Below the pieces are notes generated by a model. That model had not been told where the DNA came from, ran no database searches, and saw only the letters and a list, made by a program, of their open reading frames with translations. Both the position numbers and the translations under genes were made by a program. A stretch of DNA of 64,000 bases, from positions 24,626 to 88,625 of the forward strand of contig JAQULK010000001.1 of the NCBI GenBank assembly GCA_028718635.1. Direction: 5' to 3'. The DNA is from Minisyncoccota bacterium (lineage in GTDB: Bacteria > Patescibacteriota > Minisyncoccia > Phycocordibacterales > UBA9973). Every line of letters starts with the position of its first letter. Position 1 is the stretch's first letter. Shown here piece after piece: positions 37,645-47,924 of the stretch.

Positions 37645-40509
37645 TTATTTTATAAGATTTTCAATCTGACTCAAAAGATTAATAAGTGTCTGCGCATCAG
37701 TATCAGATATTTTATCTTTCCCAGCTTCTCTCAATATACTGCTTGCTAAATTAGATGGGACTCTAACTAACGTTCTCTTTTTTTCAAGATTGGATATTTT
37801 TCTCAAGAGACTTTGTTTGAACTTGTCGCTAATAACTATCATAGATATTTCTTCTTTAAGAAGCGCAATAAGTCCATTAAGAGAAAGACCTTCGTCTGGG
37901 GGAATTATTTTAATTACTCCTTCTCCATTCACATCAAGTTTTATGGTCGTATTTTCTGGTGTAGCACTTTGCACAGTGAAAGTCGCAGCAGTCGAACTTG
38001 TTGTTGGAATATCTGTATATGAAACTATTGGCGTTGCCACATCGGCAGTAAAATTTTCAATCGCAACAGTGGTTGGTCCATTGCCATCTCCTTTGTAGAT
38101 GAAGTTGTAATTACCCACCTTGGGTAGAAATATATTTTGACTTCCACTCGTGTAAAGAAACGTGCTTCCTGGAATATTTTCTTTAATAGAGAGTACATTA
38201 GCAGAAAGGTCTTGATTTGGATCAATACCAGTAAAATTTCCAAGTTGATCATATACACCAAGAATGACGGGAGAGTGAGTACTGACAATAAGTTGGTCAC
38301 TAAGGTTTGCTACTAGTGGTTTCGTGGTTGATAGAAAATCTATATTTGTAATATCTTCTTTTTTAGTTACTGATTGTATTAAGTTCTGTAATGTATTTGT
38401 GCTGAGTAAGTCTCGATGTTGAGCATTAGAATTAAACGCTTTGTTGTAATCTATAATGTTGAAAAAATATGTTTCATCAGCAACCAACGAAACTGCACTT
38501 GGAAAAACAACCGTTCCATCACCCTCGATAGTAAATTTTGTATCATAGTTTGGATATCCATGATCCATTTTATATTCAATAGATTTTGTTGTCGGACTAC
38601 CCCAACCTGCAACCTGAACAACGCGAATATGATCTGGAAATTGATAATTGTCGTATGTACTATGAAAATTGGCAGCATTTGTCATAAACTCAGGTCGCAG
38701 TACTTCCGGGTCCTGTAGGTTTTGTTCTATTGGTTTGGTGCGTATTATTCCTGTCCCAGTCACAAATGATAGAAAACCAGAGTAGGTATTGATAGCTGTT
38801 CCCCAGAAATCTCTCCATACTTGAGTAAATGGAGCATCTGTATTGAATGTGATAACTGGATTCGATATCTTAGTAAAATATTGAGGAGAAGGAAGTAAAT
38901 TATAGGCACTAGGCATATTTTGAGCTATTCTACGTATACCTATAGGGTTAGTTATTAACCCAGCCACAATTCCTTCATCGTCTCCATGAAGTATCGAAGC
39001 TACCGCTTGCGGTGTTCCAAGCTGGGGTGTACCTACCATCACAAAAGAATCAATTATATTATCTTTCCCTTCGTCTTGAAGTTTTTTTATTATTGTCTTT
39101 CCTAGAAAACCCCCCATAGAATGAGCAATGATTGTAACTTTTCCTGTTTTTGATTGCGATGCAAGGGTTTCTATTTCTTGCATGACATCAACTGTTCCAT
39201 TGGCTGTTTTTACACCATTTTGAAGTATTGTTTCCGGCGAGAATCTCCAATCATACGCAAATGGTATCCATTCCTTCATTGTTCCATTGGCAACCAAACC
39301 ATTCATGAAATTTGAAAAGGGAGCATATATTGGAGTGCCGTAAAATGTATTCAAAACACCATCAGTATGAACATCATTCACACTTTCACCGCTAGTTGTA
39401 AGCGCTAGTTGGGATACATCGTTAAAACTAAATATTGTCGGTGGCCAAAGTGTATCTGAACCAGTTTTCAAAACACTTCCTTTAATTCCTGGTAGAAAAA
39501 GAACACTTGAACAACACGGATGCTGCACAGGTTCACCAATTGAAATTTTACTGATAATATTAGAATTAGGATTAGTTACCCACACAGAATTTGTGACACC
39601 CTCAAAGGCGATATCATATGGTTTTGTCGCAACCGCATAATCAATTTTTGCGCCAGTGTAAATATCTACTTTGCTAATAGTATTAGAACTATAATTTGTT
39701 ACCCATATTGAATTGGTTGTGTTGTCAAAAGTAGCATTAAATGAATCCGCCCCCACCGCATAATCGGCCATAGCACCAGTAAAGATATTTACTTTAATGA
39801 TGGTGTCAGCAAGGTAACTTACCGCCCAGACAGAGTTGGTGATATTATCAAATGCAAGGCCATATAATTGCTCATTGCCCAATCCTGTTGAATAATCAGT
39901 TCTTACTCCCGTATAAATGTTTACTTTACTAATGAAGGGAGAATAATTTCCTATCCATATAGAGTTTGTAACATTATCGAAAACAATACCTCGAGGATAA
40001 TACCAGTCAAAATAATCTGTTCTAGCACCAGTAAAGATATTTACTTTGCTAAGTATACCGGTAGTCTCGTCAGTGGTTACCCACACAGAATTTGTGACAC
40101 CCTCAAAGGCGATATCATATGGTTTTGTCGCAACCGCATAATCAATTTTTGCGCCAGTGTAAATATCTACTTTGCTAATAGTATTAGAACTATAATTTGT
40201 TACCCACACAGAATTGGTCACATTGTCGAACGCTACCGCCCGAGGGTTTATTCCAACCGCATAATCAATTTTTGCGCCAGTGTAAATATCTACCTTACTG
40301 ACAGTGTTAGAATGATAATTTGCAACCCACATTGAATTGGTTATTTTATCAAAAGCAACTCCAATGGGATAATCCCCTACTGGATAATCAACCTTAGTGT
40401 CTGTTGGAAGAGTCACGATTTGTGCGGAAGTGACACTAACCAAAGAAAAAAACGAAAAAATAACAAGCGAGACTAGTACAAAATTACACCAGTGTTTTAT
40501 TTTAATCAT
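37645..40509 (-). CDS. Secreted YVTN-type beta-propeller + alpha/beta-hydrolase (LCAT/lipase-like) protein
   Basis: Signal peptide; W VTN..SN repeats; LFLPGI.GS, YDWR, AHSMGG, GTPQLG, GDGTV. Confidence 0.85.
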   Translation of the reverse strand: MIKIKHWCNFVLVSLVIFSFFSLVSVTSAQIVTLPTDTKVDYPVGDYPIGVAFDKITNSMWVANYHSNTVSKVDIYTGAKIDYAVGINPRAVAFDNVTNSVWVTNYSSNTISKVDIYTGAKIDYAVATKPYDIAFEGVTNSVWVTTDETTGILSKVNIFTGARTDYFDWYYPRGIVFDNVTNSIWIGNYSPFISKVNIYTGVRTDYSTGLGNEQLYGLAFDNITNSVWAVSYLADTIIKVNIFTGAMADYAVGADSFNATFDNTTNSIWVTNYSSNTISKVDIYTGAKIDYAVATKPYDIAFEGVTNSVWVTNPNSNIISKISIGEPVQHPCCSSVLFLPGIKGSVLKTGSDTLWPPTIFSFNDVSQLALTTSGESVNDVHTDGVLNTFYGTPIYAPFSNFMNGLVANGTMKEWIPFAYDWRFSPETILQNGVKTANGTVDVMQEIETLASQSKTGKVTIIAHSMGGFLGKTIIKKLQDEGKDNIIDSFVMVGTPQLGTPQAVASILHGDDEGIVAGLITNPIGIRRIAQNMPSAYNLLPSPQYFTKISNPVITFNTDAPFTQVWRDFWGTAINTYSGFLSFVTGTGIIRTKPIEQNLQDPEVLRPEFMTNAANFHSTYDNYQFPDHIRVVQVAGWGSPTTKSIEYKMDHGYPNYDTKFTIEGDGTVVFPSAVSLVADETYFFNIIDYNKAFNSNAQHRDLLSTNTLQNLIQSVTKKEDITNIDFLSTTKPLVANLSDQLIVSTHSPVILGVYDQLGNFTGIDPNQDLSANVLSIKENIPGSTFLYTSGSQNIFLPKVGNYNFIYKGDGNGPTTVAIENFTADVATPIVSYTDIPTTSSTAATFTVQSATPENTTIKLDVNGEGVIKIIPPDEGLSLNGLIALLKEEISMIVISDKFKQSLLRKISNLEKKRTLVRVPSNLASSILREAGKDKISDTDAQTLINLLSQIENLIK
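39575..40206. repeat. ~131-bp identical intragenic direct repeat (39575-39705, 40076-40206)
   Basis: Identical DNA encoding TNYSSNTISKVDIYTGAKIDYAVATKPYDIAFEGVTNSVWVT. Confidence 0.85.
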
Positions 40510-40567
40510 TAAGGTAATTATATAACTTTGCTTAAGATACACAAACAAACTGATGTGAATAAGTAAC

Positions 40568-41785
40568 TTAATTTATGCTTCCTAAAATTGAATAAAGCGG
40601 GGAAATCATCGAGATTGCAAAAAAACCGACTCCAGCCCCGATAACGATCATTAGTAATGGCTCAATAATTGTGGAGAGATTTTTGGTTTTATTTTCAACC
40701 TCTTCTTCATAAAACAAAGCAATCTCGAGCAGCATATCAGATAATTTTCCTGTCTCTTCTCCGACTTGAATCATTTCTGACATCATTACAGGATATAAAT
40801 TCTGGTGAGCCTCAAAGGCTTTAGAAAAAGGTTCTCCCTTTTCTATCGCTAATTTTGCTTCATTTAAAACTTTTTTATAATAAATATTTTGCACCACGTC
40901 TTGCGTGATTTCAATTGCTCTTGTGATAGAAACACCAGAAGACAAAAGAGAAGAAACAGTACGTGCAGTACGCGCAGTGTTTAATTCTCTTGTTAAATTA
41001 TTAACAATTGGGATCTTTAAAACAATAAAATCAATATATGGAGCCATAAATTTGGCTCGAAAAAGAGAAAAAATGCCAAAAGCTGCCCCAAAAATAATTA
41101 CAAAGGTCAATATCAAATTATTGGAAAAAAAATTACCAACAAAAACAAGTATTTGAGTGGAAAGAGGCAATTTCACTCCGAGTTCTTTAAAGGTGCCTGC
41201 TAAAGTGGGAACCACGAAAGCAAACATTAAAACACCGATAATAACCATCGCCGACATAATAACGCTAGGATAAATGAGCGCACCTTTTATTTTTTTAGTC
41301 AAGGAACTTGATTTTTCAAGATTTAATCCAATATCAGAGAGCGCTCCGGCAAGATTCCCAGATTCTTCCCCGGCGCGAACCATTGAAACGAAAAGTTTTG
41401 AAAAAACATCAGGAAATTTTGCAAGAGCGGAAGAAAAAGTTTCTCCGGAATCTATATCATTTACCAAAGATGTTAAAATTCTACTAAGTTTAGGATTTTT
41501 TGTTTGCTTTTTTAAAACCGATAAAGCTCTGGAAAGCGAAAGGCCCGCTTTTATCATTCCGCTTAAATTTTTAGTAAAGATAATCTGTTCTCCGATTTTT
41601 ATTTTTGTAAAAACACCGGATAATGCCAAGAATTTATTAACAAAATTTTCTTTTTTTTCTGTAATTGATAACGGAATGTATCCGCGCGAACGCAATTCAC
41701 GAGCAAGAGCATAGCGATCAGTGGCGTCTAAAATACTTTCCAAAATTTCCCCTGTTTTTGATTTTGCGCTGTAAGAAAAAAGCAT
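40568..41785 (-). CDS. pilC: Type IV pilus platform protein PilC/GspF
   Basis: MVRAGEESGNL, ALIYP, VGEETGKL, IEPLL. Confidence 0.93.
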   Translation of the reverse strand: MLFSYSAKSKTGEILESILDATDRYALARELRSRGYIPLSITEKKENFVNKFLALSGVFTKIKIGEQIIFTKNLSGMIKAGLSLSRALSVLKKQTKNPKLSRILTSLVNDIDSGETFSSALAKFPDVFSKLFVSMVRAGEESGNLAGALSDIGLNLEKSSSLTKKIKGALIYPSVIMSAMVIIGVLMFAFVVPTLAGTFKELGVKLPLSTQILVFVGNFFSNNLILTFVIIFGAAFGIFSLFRAKFMAPYIDFIVLKIPIVNNLTRELNTARTARTVSSLLSSGVSITRAIEITQDVVQNIYYKKVLNEAKLAIEKGEPFSKAFEAHQNLYPVMMSEMIQVGEETGKLSDMLLEIALFYEEEVENKTKNLSTIIEPLLMIVIGAGVGFFAISMISPLYSILGSIN

Positions 41786-41903
41786 CCCGTTAGAAGCAGA
41801 TCGCGATCAATTCACGCGTCTGACTTTTTTTGTTACAAATATTTCTAATATTTAATTTCATATTTTTATTTAGTTTTAAATTGCGATCGCGGCTTCTAAC
41901 GGG
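41786..41903 (-). mobile_element. Start-codon hairpin element at pilC
   Basis: Sense GAGTAATCCCA-GAGTAAT-CCCGTTAGAAGCCGCGATC...GATCGCGATCTGCTTCTAACGGG-ATG. Confidence 0.8.
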
Positions 41904-41915
41904 ATTACTCTGGGA

Positions 41916-43688
41916 TTACTCCGAAACCACTCGAAACACTTCTTCTAGAGAAGTAATACCCAAGACCGCCTGAAAGACTCCATCCTCGATCATGGTCATC
42001 ATTCCCTCTTTTTTGGCTTGCGCTTCAATGTCATCCTGAGAACCTCCCTTGAGGATCATTTCCCTGATGGTAGGAGTTACTTTTAGCACTTCATGCATTC
42101 CGATACGATCTGAATATCCATCTTCAAATTCAGCGCTCTTTACTGCTTTATAAAAAGGAATTTCATCCCAAGTATCTTTTTCCTTTATAATATTTTCATT
42201 TTTTAAAAAATCTAGCACCCTATCTAAATCAACTATCTTTCCCAGATTTTTTATCTCATCAGGAGACAAAAAATATTTTTCTTTATTCGACGTAAGCCTG
42301 CGCACTAGTCTTTGAGCAATGATTGTCTTTACGGTGGCAGTTATTAAAAAAGGCTCCACTCCCATATCTATAAGTCTTGGAATCGCGCCAGAGGCAGAAT
42401 TGGTATGAATCGTAGAAAGAACCAAGTGTCCAGTAAGGGAAGCATTGACGGCCAATCCTGCCGTCTCTCCATCGCGAATTTCTCCCACCATCACAATGTC
42501 CGGATCTTGACGCAACAGCGAACGAAGCCCATTTGCAAAAGTTAAGCCGATCTCCGGTTTGACTTGTGTTTGATTTACTCTCGGCATTTGATATTCGATA
42601 GGATCTTCCACTGTAGAAATATTAACTTCCGGTCTATTTAAAAGATCAAGCATGGTATACAGAGTAGTAGTCTTTCCGCTTCCAGTCGGGCCAGTGGCGA
42701 GCACCATCCCGGTTTTTTGTTTCAATGAATTATGGATTCGTTCCAATCCCTCGCCGTGGAAACCTAGCACCTCCAAAGAAAAACCGTGCGCATTTTCTTT
42801 TAAAATTCTAATCACCGTCTTTTCTCCAAAGAAAGTCGGTAAAGTGGAAACACGGAAAGAAATTTTTTCTCCATTTTGCTCTATTTTAAATCTGCCGTCT
42901 TGAGGTAATCTTTTTTCATCCAATTTTAAATTGGACAATACTTTGATGCGCGCAGTTATCCCGGAGCCGGCGTTTTTTTCCAAGACCATCGCGTCATGCA
43001 GGATGCCGTCTATTCGATAACGCACGGTAAGCTCGCTCTCTCCGGGCTCAATATGAATATCAGAAGCATTTTGCAAGATTGCGTGAAAAATCAGGGAATC
43101 CACTATCTTAACCACTGGTAAGTCCTCCGCCATTTCTTTCAATTCCAATTCAGACTTTTCGCCGGTTTTTTCTGTAAAATTTTCACTATCCTCTCCTACT
43201 GAAGCATTCAAGTTAGCAGTTTCTTTTTGGATGATATCTTGAAACTCGGATTTCAAACTCTGCCGATATTGAACCAAGACAGATTTTATAGAAGTCGTGT
43301 CAGTGAGTCTAGGCAAGATTTTTAACCCCGAACGTTTTTTAATAAAATCAATAACCGGAAGGTCATCCACATCAAGCATTGCCACCTCCAAGCCATTCTC
43401 GCTTTTTTTATAGGCAACAATATTATAATTGCGCGCAATCGGTTCAGGAACAAAAGAAAGTACCGAGAAATCTATTTTTTGATCATTTAAATTAACGAAT
43501 GGTATTCCTAAAACAAAAGCTTCTATTCGTTTTAAATCTGTTTCGGATATTTTTCCTTCAGAAAGTAAAATGTCGCCTACTTTTTGTTTTTTAGTTTCGG
43601 CTTTTTTAAACGCATCGTCAAGATCTGCTTTAGACACCAGTCCCTCATCTAAAATAAATTTCTTCAACTGTTCTTCGTCGATTTGCAT
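41916..43688 (-). CDS. pilB: Type IV pilus assembly ATPase PilB/GspE
   Basis: ASDIHIEP, RLPQDGR, GPTGSGKTTT, LRQDPD, GHLVLSTIH. Confidence 0.95.
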   Translation of the reverse strand: MQIDEEQLKKFILDEGLVSKADLDDAFKKAETKKQKVGDILLSEGKISETDLKRIEAFVLGIPFVNLNDQKIDFSVLSFVPEPIARNYNIVAYKKSENGLEVAMLDVDDLPVIDFIKKRSGLKILPRLTDTTSIKSVLVQYRQSLKSEFQDIIQKETANLNASVGEDSENFTEKTGEKSELELKEMAEDLPVVKIVDSLIFHAILQNASDIHIEPGESELTVRYRIDGILHDAMVLEKNAGSGITARIKVLSNLKLDEKRLPQDGRFKIEQNGEKISFRVSTLPTFFGEKTVIRILKENAHGFSLEVLGFHGEGLERIHNSLKQKTGMVLATGPTGSGKTTTLYTMLDLLNRPEVNISTVEDPIEYQMPRVNQTQVKPEIGLTFANGLRSLLRQDPDIVMVGEIRDGETAGLAVNASLTGHLVLSTIHTNSASGAIPRLIDMGVEPFLITATVKTIIAQRLVRRLTSNKEKYFLSPDEIKNLGKIVDLDRVLDFLKNENIIKEKDTWDEIPFYKAVKSAEFEDGYSDRIGMHEVLKVTPTIREMILKGGSQDDIEAQAKKEGMMTMIEDGVFQAVLGITSLEEVFRVVSE

Positions 43689-43716
43689 GTAGATATAGTA
43701 TAGCAAAAATTTATAC

Positions 43717-43860
43717 AACCCCCTAAATCCCCCTTGTCAGGGGGACTACCTCACCCCTTGCTTTCCCCCTCTCCTTAATAAGGAGAGGGGCTGGGGAGAG
43801 GTGAATTCCTCCCCTGACAAGGGGAGGGCAGGAGGGGTTGGGAGGGGGTCAGGAGGGGTT
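43717..43860. repeat. Nested cluster of CCCTCTCC/CCCCT palindromes
   Basis: ccccttgtcagggg, cccctctccttaataaggagagggg, ctcccctgacaaggggagg and ggagggg tails. Confidence 0.85.
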
Positions 43861-43867
43861 GAATTTG

Positions 43868-45349
43868 TTATTCTTCTATATACCCTGGAATTTTCTTTTG
43901 TGAACAAGAATCAGATCCACAAGTCCAAGTCCACTTAGTGGGACTACTTATTCTATTTGTACCAGAATCACAAGTATGATCAGCCGAACCAAGAGGACAA
44001 ACAGCAGGATCACCGTCACATTTGTAATGTTTCATTGGAAGAATATTACAGCCACCAGAAATACAAGATCCACCAGTACATGATTGAGAAGAATTTCCCA
44101 AACAATTAGCTCCGCCATTTGCTGGGCTTGGATTTGTACAAGAACGAGATTGGTTACAAGAAGCATCACAAGTACTCCAATCGCTCCACCCACCATCAAC
44201 AGGAGTAAGTATCACTGCACATTTCGCCCCATCCCAACCGGTTCCTCCTGCGCAAGTTGCAGTAGCTGTAGTAGTGGCAAGTAATTTTGAATTATTATAA
44301 AGATAAAAATTTCTGGTGCCTTTTGGAGAGCCACCGGTTACAGAATAAGTTGCTGAACCTGACAATCCAGTTGCCACAATGATATTTGTAGGAGTTGTGA
44401 CTGAAGAAGAAGTCCACTCAGGATTAGTTGTAGTCCAAGCTAGGTTTGTAATGCAACTACTTGCTCCGGATGCAATAGTACAATTAGAAGCAGTTAAGGT
44501 GCCATACATGCCTGTGCTTGCTACTGTGAAGGTAGCAGAGGCAGTCAGACCACTGTATGTAGCTCGAATAGAAGTAGAACCACCACTTACTGCAGTGGCT
44601 AAACCAGAAGAGTTAACAGTGGCAATAGCAGTATTGAGTGAAGACCAGGTAGCTGAGCTAGTCACAGTCTGACTAGCTTGAGGACCGGAACCGTCTGGAT
44701 CGTAAGTAGCTACGAACTGCTGAGTTTCTCCGACATTCTTGGTAGCAGAAGAAGGGGTGACGACAAGGGTAGGGGTAGGAGCCGCTGAAACAGCAACACC
44801 ACTAAAATCAATCCAACCCACGACTTCACTCCCCCAACCACATTCAGTCGAAGGACAGCTAGATGGTGTAGAACTAGTACTATCCAAAGTTACCCCATAT
44901 CCTGTACCAGAAAGAGCAATCCAACCATCCCAACCACTACTGCCATCTCCTCCAGAAACTGCTTTTGCCCAACCAGTTAAATTACTACCTGTAATTTTCG
45001 CGTTATCAGCGGTGGTTCCACTACCAGTCGGCCAACCAGAAAGTCCGCCGAACTTTATCCATCCGATATTGGGTGACCAAGCGTAACCTGTAAGATAACC
45101 GCTCGCATCTTTATTGACGCCATAGCTCGAAGTCGCGCAATTATTACCAGTGTTCGTGCAGTTGAAACTAATCCAACCGATATTTGATGACCAAGCATAA
45201 CCGGAAATATTGTCCGTAGTGCTTGCTGAGGCTAAAAAAGGTAAAAAACAAAAAACTCCAAACACTAAAACAAAAATAACTTTTAAGAAAGATTCCGAAA
45301 AAAAATTCGGAAAAAACTTCGAGGGAAACTTTGGGAAATAAATTTTCAT
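43868..45349 (-). CDS. Secreted protein: GYAWS..IGWI repeats, Ig-like (Big_2) domain, thrombospondin type-1 repeat
   Basis: GYAWSSNIGWI; TWSS...IATV.SSGL.TAV; VDGGWSDWSTCDASC..SRSCTNPSPANGG..C. Confidence 0.8.
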   Translation of the reverse strand: MKIYFPKFPSKFFPNFFSESFLKVIFVLVFGVFCFLPFLASASTTDNISGYAWSSNIGWISFNCTNTGNNCATSSYGVNKDASGYLTGYAWSPNIGWIKFGGLSGWPTGSGTTADNAKITGSNLTGWAKAVSGGDGSSGWDGWIALSGTGYGVTLDSTSSTPSSCPSTECGWGSEVVGWIDFSGVAVSAAPTPTLVVTPSSATKNVGETQQFVATYDPDGSGPQASQTVTSSATWSSLNTAIATVNSSGLATAVSGGSTSIRATYSGLTASATFTVASTGMYGTLTASNCTIASGASSCITNLAWTTTNPEWTSSSVTTPTNIIVATGLSGSATYSVTGGSPKGTRNFYLYNNSKLLATTTATATCAGGTGWDGAKCAVILTPVDGGWSDWSTCDASCNQSRSCTNPSPANGGANCLGNSSQSCTGGSCISGGCNILPMKHYKCDGDPAVCPLGSADHTCDSGTNRISSPTKWTWTCGSDSCSQKKIPGYIEE

Positions 45350-45429
45350 AATTTTATTATTATACTCCCTACGCTATAAAAAATACACAATGAGTTATCC
45401 ACAGAAACACAGAAATACAACCTTACATC

Positions 45430-45452
45430 CTAGCAAGAACTGTTCTTGCTAG
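45430..45452. repeat. Palindrome CTAGCAAGAAC-T-GTTCTTGCTAG
   Basis: Perfect IR holding the AAA gene stop codon. Confidence 0.85.
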
Positions 45453-46570
45453 AAATAGTCTATAATATTCTCAGTATTTACAGACATAAAAATCGATTTT
45501 GGATATGTTTCCAACCAGGCCTTTGGCGCGCTTGCTTTTTCTTTCCATTTACATTCAAAAGCTTCAACTTGACCATCTGAAATTTCTATAAAATCCACTT
45601 CCGCCCCATTTCTGTTTTTCCAAAAATGAATTTCACTTGTTCTCCCTGAATATTCTCGTTGTTTTATCTTTTCCGCAATAAAAAAATTTTCAAAGATTGC
45701 TCCTTTGTCCAATCGAAATTCTATGGGATCGTTGTTGTTGATAATAGCGTTTCTAATACCTATATCATAAAAATAAATTTTGTGGCTTTTGTTTATTTCC
45801 TTATTTTTATTTGTATAAAAGGGAGTAAGTCGAAAGACAATAAACGCTTGTTCAAGCAAATTCACATAGTTTAAGACCGTGCTCCTAGTTATGCCGGCTT
45901 CCTTGGCCAGTTCTGAATAAGATATCTCGCTTCCAATGCGCAAAGCTAAAAGCTTTATTAGCTTTTCAAAAGCAAAAGAATTTCTAATATCTCCAAACAT
46001 AAATAAATCCTTGAACAAATAATCTCCAGCCAATTCTTTTACCAGAAGCGCCTTTTCTTCTCTTGATTCGACGGAAACTATCTTTGGGTACATGCCGAAT
46101 GTCATATACGTCTCAAGTTCTTTTTGTATTTTTATTTTCCCGTGCGCTGAAACCAATTCTTTTATTGATAAAGGATAAAGATAAAATTTTCTATTCCTGC
46201 CGGTCAGAGGTTCATTCAGTTTGTTGGCTAACTCGAAAGAGGAAGAACCAGAGGCTATCACTTTTGCGCCTTCAACATTGTCGGCAATCAATTTGAGTGA
46301 TATACCGATGTCTTTTATTCTCTGGGCTTCATCAATGACCACAAGATCATACCCTGACACTAACTGAGAAAGCTCGTCTGATGACCTATGTTCCAAGAGG
46401 AGAGCATCTTTTGGATCATCTCCCTGCAAGTAAAGTGTTTTTGTAAAATTCTTCAATATTACCTTGATAAGAGTGGTTTTCCCAACCTGCCTTGCTCCGT
46501 AGAGTATTATTATAGGCTTTTTGCCTAAGTTTTTTATCAAAGTATCATATATTGTTCTAACATAATTCAT
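45449..46570 (-). CDS. AAA_14 + DUF4143 ATPase
   Basis: GARQVGKTT, IDEAQ, SGSSS, LTGR, K.YFYD.G, G.IFEN, EVDF...ECKW. Confidence 0.92.
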   Translation of the reverse strand: MNYVRTIYDTLIKNLGKKPIIILYGARQVGKTTLIKVILKNFTKTLYLQGDDPKDALLLEHRSSDELSQLVSGYDLVVIDEAQRIKDIGISLKLIADNVEGAKVIASGSSSFELANKLNEPLTGRNRKFYLYPLSIKELVSAHGKIKIQKELETYMTFGMYPKIVSVESREEKALLVKELAGDYLFKDLFMFGDIRNSFAFEKLIKLLALRIGSEISYSELAKEAGITRSTVLNYVNLLEQAFIVFRLTPFYTNKNKEINKSHKIYFYDIGIRNAIINNNDPIEFRLDKGAIFENFFIAEKIKQREYSGRTSEIHFWKNRNGAEVDFIEISDGQVEAFECKWKEKASAPKAWLETYPKSIFMSVNTENIIDYF

Positions 46571-46631
46571 AGATATAGTATACAATATACATACCTAAAA
46601 TAGCAAGTATGAAACTATTTTAAGTAATCCC

Positions 46632-46654
46632 CTAGTAAGAACTGTTCTTACTAG
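46632..46654. repeat. Palindrome CTAGTAAGAAC-T-GTTCTTACTAG
   Basis: Compensatory variant of 45430-45452. Confidence 0.85.
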
Positions 46655-46656
46655 TT

Positions 46657-47418
46657 CTATGATTTATAACAATAATAAGCAGTTGCCTTGGATCCATCTC
46701 CACCAGTACAATCGCCATTAACTGAACATTGAGTCACAACAATTCTTTGTGATGTATATCCATTCGGACAAGAACAAGCACCTGTAGCGGGATTCGTCAG
46801 TGCGCAAGCAGCACTACTACTTGGTCCTGTCATTGTATAAATTCCGCCAAAAGACAATGCACCACCATTTAGCTGACTCGCCCATTTGCCAACGCTGTTT
46901 ATCCAATAGTCATTGGCAGTAATATTACCAGTAGTGCCAAGATCAAGTTTTTGAGTAGGGTTAGGTGTGCCAATACCGACGTTGCCGTTACTGATATATA
47001 CAGTTTCTTTTCCATTTGCTTTTAATACTAATGATCCACCAACGGCACCTCCAGCGCCCACAACAGCATTATTTCCGTTATATCCTAAAAATCCTTTACC
47101 ACTCACATCTCCCCAATAAGTAACTCCTAATATATCTAATTTCTGTGTTGGACTTGTTGTTCCGATGCCGACGTTGCCATTTTCAACTATAAGACCATAA
47201 GCAGCAGCACCCCCGGAAGTAGTAAGACCCTTTATCCATAAATTACCTTGTTTGATTTGACCGATATTTCCAACGTTGATTGGTGTATCAGTGTTATTAT
47301 TAGGAGCAGTAGCTGTAGGACCAACCCACGTACTAGAAGCAAAAACATAACTACCCCCAATCACCAATATTAGTGCTAAGACGATGGATTTTATATTTTG
47401 TATTATTTTAGTTTTCAT
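46657..47418 (-). CDS. Secreted fibre-like protein with GNVGIGT repeats and Cys-rich tip
   Basis: W..PT..P..N..PINVG; GNVGIGTTSP..KLD x2; NP.TG.CSCP.GYT. Confidence 0.75.
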   Translation of the reverse strand: MKTKIIQNIKSIVLALILVIGGSYVFASSTWVGPTATAPNNNTDTPINVGNIGQIKQGNLWIKGLTTSGGAAAYGLIVENGNVGIGTTSPTQKLDILGVTYWGDVSGKGFLGYNGNNAVVGAGGAVGGSLVLKANGKETVYISNGNVGIGTPNPTQKLDLGTTGNITANDYWINSVGKWASQLNGGALSFGGIYTMTGPSSSAACALTNPATGACSCPNGYTSQRIVVTQCSVNGDCTGGDGSKATAYYCYKS

Positions 47419-47680
47419 TGAATTTAATATTTTTTATTTTTGTAATGGGAGATGCTTCGGATGGTTGACTCAGAATTTTGAGTCGCTCTTCATCAGTCAT
47501 GTTTGGATTTGCTGGAGGAATATTTGATGGTTTTTGTAATATTTCTAGCCGCTGTTCATCTGTAAGAGACGGGGGAGATTTCGGCCGAGAAATAAAGTAA
47601 AAAATAAGAAGACCAAAAAGAATAATAATTAAAATAGCAATCGCTATTTTTTGATATCTAATTAAATGACTTTTAATCAT
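47408..47680 (-). CDS. Small single-TM hypothetical protein
   Basis: One TM; repeated TDE.RL.IL. Confidence 0.6.
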   Translation of the reverse strand: MIKSHLIRYQKIAIAILIIILFGLLIFYFISRPKSPPSLTDEQRLEILQKPSNIPPANPNMTDEERLKILSQPSEASPITKIKNIKFNEN

Positions 47681-47733
47681 GGATTCAATTATAAAGCAAA
47701 AGAAAGATGATGTGAAATAGGGGGTGTGGATAA

Positions 47734-47868
47734 CCCCCACACCTTTCTTGGTATCGCTTTTTTTCTGCTAATAAAAATAGTTAATAATAATATTTATTTT
47801 AATATAAATTGTAATCGTAGTGGTACTTCTAATGAAAAAGCAGAATAATACCAAGAAAGGTGTGGGGG
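47734..47868. repeat. 135-bp hairpin element with 21-bp terminal IR upstream of GIY-YIG gene
   Basis: cccccacacctttcttggtat ... ataccaagaaaggtgtggggg, AT-rich interior. Confidence 0.85.
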
Positions 47869-47924
47869 ATAACCCTTTCACTATACTTTTGCTCAAAAGG
47901 TGTGGAGGTCATATAATAATTATT

